IMG/VR virus record: IMGVR_UViG_3300020171_000031
Span: 1-59,359 of that record
Direction: 5' to 3' (one strand)
From: a virus
Taxonomy: Duplodnaviria; Caudoviricetes
Length of the DNA: 59,359 nucleotides
The notes under the pieces: model-generated
Seen by the model: only the letters and a program-made list of their open reading frames with translations
Databases searched by the model: none
Told to the model about the DNA's origin: nothing
In this document: positions 54,652-59,359 of the stretch, one piece after another
Position numbering within the stretch: the stretch's first letter is position 1
Layout: every line of letters begins with the position of its first letter
Program-made: the position numbers and the translations under genes

Positions 54652-54845
54652 GCTTGCTCCCCAAAGATGCGTCCCCAAGCCTCACCAAGGCCCTGGAACT
54701 GGTGCTTCCCCACACTAGCAATAGCTTCATTTATCTCTCCATCATCGGCTCGGCCATCGCAGCGCAGATAGCGGCGATTCTTGGCTTTCTCTCGGTGCAG
54801 CTCGGCACCGTCCAGGTCGCTCGAAATCACGTTAATCTGGCCCAC
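54648..54845 (-). CDS. Small protein resembling the N-terminal cap of the upstream beta-helix protein
   Basis: CDGRADDGEINEAI vs ADGTTDNVEIQAAI; ATGA coupling. Confidence 0.5.
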   Translation of the reverse strand: MGQINVISSDLDGAELHREKAKNRRYLRCDGRADDGEINEAIASVGKHQFQGLGEAWGRIFGEQA

Positions 54846-54847
54846 GG

Positions 54848-56779
54848 CTACACCCCTGTTGCCTGGATATAATAGCTGCCCACAATAGCACCCGCTGCAC
54901 CGCCTGTTGCTACCATCACCAGCACGTCGTTGGTGCCATTCTTGGCATCCATGTAAATCGGCTTGCCCAGACCCGCGCCAGCGTCCGCAACGTTCATTGA
55001 GTCGTAGACCACAGGAGCAGTATTCAAGTTGACCGCGGCGCCCGCGAACATCGTGGCTCCTATCGTGACGGCCCTCACATCATCTATCAAGATTGTGCAG
55101 ACAGCGGGGTTGGCATGGTACTGCAAGCCGATGCTGACAATGGCATCCCGGGTGGCTCCGGCGTTGACAAAGGGGACCACCACGAGAGTCCATTGACCAG
55201 CTATCAGGGCGGGCACAGCAAGGGTTTCGGCGGGAGCAACACAGTTAGCGTTTTCGCTTATCAGCATCCGAAGGTCTGCCGCTACCGTAGCAACGCTGGA
55301 TTTTATCTTGAACAACAGGTGGGTATAGCCAGATAGGTCTTGAGCCGCCCGCGCCTCAGTGGCAAGGATTTCGTCAGCTACCACGCCCGCAGCAACCGCT
55401 AGTTGGGCGCTACCCGTGCCTCTTTCAAAGTCCGTGGTGTTGAGTGTACTGGTCACTTCTGGCAGCACCGACTCGTTCCAGGCATCTTCACAGTCCTCGA
55501 CCACTACGCTAGTGGTCAAACCCATCGGCCCTGTGGCGGCAGCACCACCTGCTGTAGTGATTCTAACGGTGGCGCTGACAAGAGCCGCCTGATGCTCTGG
55601 GTTCTGCCACGCTATCACGGCACCGTTCTGTACGACCTGGGCCAAGGCGCCACCATCGGTGCGTGCTTCTGCCTGTGCAAGGTAGCCAGAGTTATCTCTA
55701 ACTGTAGTGTGTTTTCCAGCCAGAGGAGAGTATATTCCAGCAGTGCCATTGCCGCTGACATCATTCCAAGCAATCCGATTGTAGTCACTTATGCCGTCTT
55801 CAAGCATTCCGTATTGCTGAGTCTTTGGAGTTTGGGTATCGTGAAATCTGCCGCCCAGAACAACATTTCTCAAAGACCCGAGAAGTCTGAGGCCCGCTCC
55901 GAATTGCCAGACTCCACCAGTAGACCTTCCATTGTTGAAAACACGTAATCCTGAGAAGACGCTGTCAGTGTGTTCGGATAGCAAAAGTCCATTATGGTTG
56001 TTGTGGTCTGCCACACAAGCAACTAGACTTACATTGCTACCACCATATATAAAGAATCCACATTTTGTATTCCAATCCGCTCGGCATCCCTTCAAGATAA
56101 GGTCGCCAGGCTGTCTCACCCAGATACCTGCTTCTCCCGCACAATTACTAGCTACAACATTGTCAAGCCAACTATCAACTATCCCCCATAGATAAGCACC
56201 TTCAGCACCAACTGTTCTCGCATAGATGTCCTGCAGCCACCATCCTGCGCCTCTGCCCCCAGAATATTCACCATAAATCGCTTCCCCTACAATACCATTT
56301 AGGGAAAGTTGTCGAATCGTTAGCCAATCCGTTCCGACGGCTTGAATCGCTCTCCCGAGAGCGTAAGTGCCGTGACCGCCACGAATCTTGAAATTATGCA
56401 AAACTACCCCGTCTGTATTATCCAAGTTCAGAATGGGCGTGAAGTTCGCTACCTGCACCAAGACAGTGCCTCCCGCAGTATCAGGAGGTTCGCTTGACCG
56501 TCCTTTATCTACCCCTTCCACAGTGAGATAGTTTGCGCCAACAATGGTGGCAGCAAGGTTGAATTCCCCTACCGATAATTGAAGCTTACCACCTGCAGGC
56601 AGTGCAGCAATCGCCGCCTGTATCTCCACGTTGTCGGTGGTGCCGTCAGCAACTCCCAGTAGGGGGCCATAGCGAGCACGGAGAATCCGTCCCTGTCGTA
56701 TAGCAGCAGCGGGGGCGCCCACTGACAGCACATGTGCTGTCCCCGGCAGAAGTCCTGTCCGTCTCCAGAAGTCGCCCAT
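54848..56779 (-). CDS. Right-handed beta-helix (pectate-lyase-like) receptor-binding/spike protein with C-terminal carbohydrate-binding-like domain
   Basis: EIQAAIAAL..GG...L..G.F, repeated N/G ladder; lower GC. Confidence 0.8.
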   Translation of the reverse strand: MGDFWRRTGLLPGTAHVLSVGAPAAAIRQGRILRARYGPLLGVADGTTDNVEIQAAIAALPAGGKLQLSVGEFNLAATIVGANYLTVEGVDKGRSSEPPDTAGGTVLVQVANFTPILNLDNTDGVVLHNFKIRGGHGTYALGRAIQAVGTDWLTIRQLSLNGIVGEAIYGEYSGGRGAGWWLQDIYARTVGAEGAYLWGIVDSWLDNVVASNCAGEAGIWVRQPGDLILKGCRADWNTKCGFFIYGGSNVSLVACVADHNNHNGLLLSEHTDSVFSGLRVFNNGRSTGGVWQFGAGLRLLGSLRNVVLGGRFHDTQTPKTQQYGMLEDGISDYNRIAWNDVSGNGTAGIYSPLAGKHTTVRDNSGYLAQAEARTDGGALAQVVQNGAVIAWQNPEHQAALVSATVRITTAGGAAATGPMGLTTSVVVEDCEDAWNESVLPEVTSTLNTTDFERGTGSAQLAVAAGVVADEILATEARAAQDLSGYTHLLFKIKSSVATVAADLRMLISENANCVAPAETLAVPALIAGQWTLVVVPFVNAGATRDAIVSIGLQYHANPAVCTILIDDVRAVTIGATMFAGAAVNLNTAPVVYDSMNVADAGAGLGKPIYMDAKNGTNDVLVMVATGGAAGAIVGSYYIQATGV

Positions 56780-56781
56780 CG

Positions 56782-57411
56782 CTATGCCTTCCTGTAACTG
56801 AGCCTGATAAAGCTGTTGGCGCGCACCTGAGCCTCGGAAGTGCTCACGCCTCCACCATCGTCAGTCCAGTGTACCAACCTGAGCGCGAGCTGGTTAGCAC
56901 CTGCAACAATGGTGCCTACCCAACGCCCAACTCCCTCCCTGTTTCGAGCAGTCATAACGGCCAGTGCATTGTTGAAATTGTCGGTCACGTCAACCCAAGT
57001 GGCTCCACCATCACGGCTTATCTGAACCTTGGAGCTAGACTGTGTACCAGCGCCCGCGCCCACCAGGAATCGCGTCTGCCACTCAAGCTCGACGTAGATA
57101 GAAATGACGGTGATGGTGCCCTGCTGCTCGAAGTCAACATCCTCAGTCCAGGCCACTCCGGGTGCGCCTTCTGCATTGGCTGCCGTGCTGTGCGCTGCTG
57201 CTGGGTAGAAGGCGGGGCTGGAGCCGTCGTCAACAATCTCGGTTGTGGCAGCATCCTCGGCTACGGGGTAGATGACCACATCGTGGACAAGGTCCAGGCT
57301 GGTCAGCAGCCCCTTGAGGTACGCCAGCGCGGAGGCCACAACTCCAACTGCCGTTACAGCAGCATCATCCCTGGTGCCAAGTGCGTCCTGCCCTGATTTC
57401 TGGGTGGTCAT
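56782..57411 (-). CDS. Putative structural beta protein
   Basis: QISRDGGATWVD motif; operon context. Confidence 0.65.
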   Translation of the reverse strand: MTTQKSGQDALGTRDDAAVTAVGVVASALAYLKGLLTSLDLVHDVVIYPVAEDAATTEIVDDGSSPAFYPAAAHSTAANAEGAPGVAWTEDVDFEQQGTITVISIYVELEWQTRFLVGAGAGTQSSSKVQISRDGGATWVDVTDNFNNALAVMTARNREGVGRWVGTIVAGANQLALRLVHWTDDGGGVSTSEAQVRANSFIRLSYRKA

Positions 57412-57421
57412 ATCATTTCCC

Positions 57422-58531
57422 CTACACCAAGAACTTTGAGGCCACGCCAGTGCCGCGCCAGTGGACTATCACGTCGCAGATGCGGGCCACGCCGGCAGCA
57501 CCGCCGTTTATGGTGAGCTGGATTTTGGCGGTAGTGCCCCCGTCCAGCATACAGGCCCCGACCCAGGTAAGCTGCTCCTCGTTGGTCAAGTTGGCTACCG
57601 CGCCCTGGGCCGCCGAAACAAACACCTGCGGCGTGGCGTCGTCTGTCTGGATGCTGATGCTGGTCAGAGCACCACCGATTGCGCCACCGGACATCCTGAT
57701 TATCAGCTTCTCTACCGTGGCATCCTGGTAGGCTTTCCACAGGTCATAGCTTCCGGCTATCTGGTTCAGGTCTATCGTGGTGCGGTAGACGTGTACCTGC
57801 GAAGTGTAATCGCGTATTAGTAGAGCGGGGGGAACAGCAAGACTTAGATTCTCTACACGCACATCGCCATAGAGGTTAAATTCACCACTGGTGACGTCGC
57901 CCTGTATCTCTAGCCTGAGTGCTTGCCCGTAAATGTATAGTGTCTCACCACCAGCCATGTTCATGATAGTGAGGTCGCCACTGACATCTGTCCAATAATG
58001 GTTGACGCCAATACCGTTGGTAAAATCCGCGAAGGTGAGAGGCCCTTGAGCAAACCGCACATTGGTGAACCACGTTCTAGCATAAATGGTGAGCGTGCCC
58101 CATAGAGTGCTGTCTTGGATAACGGTATCCCCTCGCAAGGTTGTGTTGCCCAGAGAACAGCCCTGTATTGCGATGATACCAAATGCCACGCCCTGAAGCC
58201 TGACGTTCTCGAACTGGCTATCGTTGAAGTTGAAGCCCCCGAAGTTGAACCCGGAGGCCATGTTGGCGTCCGTTTTACCCCAGCCAATAATCCGGTAGCC
58301 TTGCATGTCTGCTGGGGCTACGAAGTTGTCTGCTGGGTTGACCAACAGAATCGTGCGTATGCCCCTAGCTACACAGATGGCTATAGCGTCTGTTAGGTTG
58401 GACACGGGACGGCCTGGTGTCCCGATGGGATACACGGTCCCCGCAACGCCGTTTACGGAGTCAACGTACACGCCGTCGTTGAGGAGCCGGAGCTGTCGTA
58501 TTCTGTTGAGTTCGTCTATGCCTTTAGCCAT
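57422..58531 (-). CDS. Putative virion beta-solenoid protein
   Basis: VYVD..NG.AGT..PIGTP..PV.NL.DA motif; AAGGAG RBS. Confidence 0.7.
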   Translation of the reverse strand: MAKGIDELNRIRQLRLLNDGVYVDSVNGVAGTVYPIGTPGRPVSNLTDAIAICVARGIRTILLVNPADNFVAPADMQGYRIIGWGKTDANMASGFNFGGFNFNDSQFENVRLQGVAFGIIAIQGCSLGNTTLRGDTVIQDSTLWGTLTIYARTWFTNVRFAQGPLTFADFTNGIGVNHYWTDVSGDLTIMNMAGGETLYIYGQALRLEIQGDVTSGEFNLYGDVRVENLSLAVPPALLIRDYTSQVHVYRTTIDLNQIAGSYDLWKAYQDATVEKLIIRMSGGAIGGALTSISIQTDDATPQVFVSAAQGAVANLTNEEQLTWVGACMLDGGTTAKIQLTINGGAAGVARICDVIVHWRGTGVASKFLV

Positions 58532-58539
58532 ACTACTCC

Positions 58540-59226
58540 TTAGACTCCAAACCTGCTGCGCTCAACGGCGAAGATTTGCGCCATCTCAACAGCACTCAGG
58601 GCACGGGGCCAGATGCGCGGAATTGCCAGGTTTCCTGTGAAGAAGTTGGCGATGGCTTCCTGACAGCCAACCAAGAGCAATCTGCCGCCTGCGACGCTCA
58701 CGGGGTCAGCCAGCCCACCGTTTAGCAGCGTGGGTATTGTTGCTCCGTTGCGGTAGAACTGCCCTACTATGCCAACCCGCGTGACGCCGATGAGCTGCCA
58801 GACGGAGGGCAGGAGGCCGTCAACAGCAGCTATCTCGTCATGTGAGCCTGCCTGATTGGTTCGTAGTGCTATGTTGGTGCCGAACAGGAACCACTGCCAA
58901 CCGTCAACGTCCACTCGGCCCTGGTCGAGGAGTAGCTGTGCTCCGCCTGCTCCGTTATTCCACACCCAGGCCAGCATCGTCCAGTCCTCAAAGGTGAAGT
59001 TGAGGTCTATGCTATCGGCGGCTGGGCACTGGAGATACTGGCCAGCGCCGTTGAACTGTAGGTAGGGCTGCCCGCTGCCCATCGCCAGCCAAGTGGGAGG
59101 CCCCGTCAGCGCCATCCTGTGCGGCGCTTTGCTCGTGTCGTAGGTGACAACGCCTGTATACTCGGTGAAAGGCAGGCGGAGAAGGCACTCCGAGTTGTAG
59201 CCTATCTTGTCGGTGCTAATCGTCAT
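58540..59226 (-). CDS. LamG/concanavalin-A-like domain protein
   Basis: FNG..QY, T..AWV, WQLIGVT, FYRNG, F.G.L...RIW.RALS..E. Confidence 0.85.
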   Translation of the reverse strand: MTISTDKIGYNSECLLRLPFTEYTGVVTYDTSKAPHRMALTGPPTWLAMGSGQPYLQFNGAGQYLQCPAADSIDLNFTFEDWTMLAWVWNNGAGGAQLLLDQGRVDVDGWQWFLFGTNIALRTNQAGSHDEIAAVDGLLPSVWQLIGVTRVGIVGQFYRNGATIPTLLNGGLADPVSVAGGRLLLVGCQEAIANFFTGNLAIPRIWPRALSAVEMAQIFAVERSRFGV

Positions 59227-59250
59227 TGCGCACCTATTCCTCCGCCAATC

Positions 59251-59359
59251 TCTGCCACTGGTAGTTCTTAACGGCACCCGCTGTTTGCTCAAGCGTGACG
59301 CGCACCCCAAACCTATTGGGCTGCATCTCGACGCAGATGGCCTTGACGCCATCCAGCAG
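59251..59359. repeat. Terminal overlap identical to 1-109
   Basis: Exact match. Confidence 0.97.

Noticed and set aside
48789-59226. Diversity-generating retroelement acting on spike genes
   Set aside because: No reverse transcriptase and no TR/VR pair differing at adenines seen
58540-59352. 270-aa version of the LamG ORF
   Set aside because: The upstream part overlaps the origin-spanning gene; the start is more likely ATG 59226
59251-59359. Biological direct terminal repeat
   Set aside because: It falls in the middle of a gene and has the size of an assembler overlap; it indicates circularity only

Overview
The window is a complete circular element of about 59,250 bp: bases 1-109 are repeated at 59251-59359, and a 322-aa ORF reads across the join. 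It is most likely a virus of a high-GC bacterium. A Chloroflexota/Dehalococcoidia host is inferred from protein families, not proven. The minus-strand arm (47.7 kb through the origin to 12.6 kb) looks like a virion module: candidate jelly-roll capsid proteins, many membrane-anchored proteins, dockerin, LamG and beta-helix proteins. I see no recognisable terminase, portal, tail, packaging ATPase or endolysin. The plus-strand arm has replication and recombination genes (annealing protein, RusA, initiator with iterons, DnaC, DnaB, tyrosine recombinase), MoxR+vWA, Ku+ATP ligase and a PRTRC-type prokaryotic ubiquitin operon. The main finding is a stand-alone Cas7/RAMP-like gene (42642-43388) directly downstream of a non-coding array of GGCG-delimited units with strict 5-nt GG periodicity. 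A second array with the same grammar lies at 27695-28020. Together they form a candidate non-CRISPR RNA-guided system. Other notable signals are a chain of back-to-back inverted repeats that loop out each early gene (29.0-30.9 kb), a small RNA antisense to the RBS shared by early-region genes, a D-arm-truncated tRNA-Met, a mini IS200/IS605 element and several frameshifted genes. All calls come from reading motifs by eye; no searches were run.
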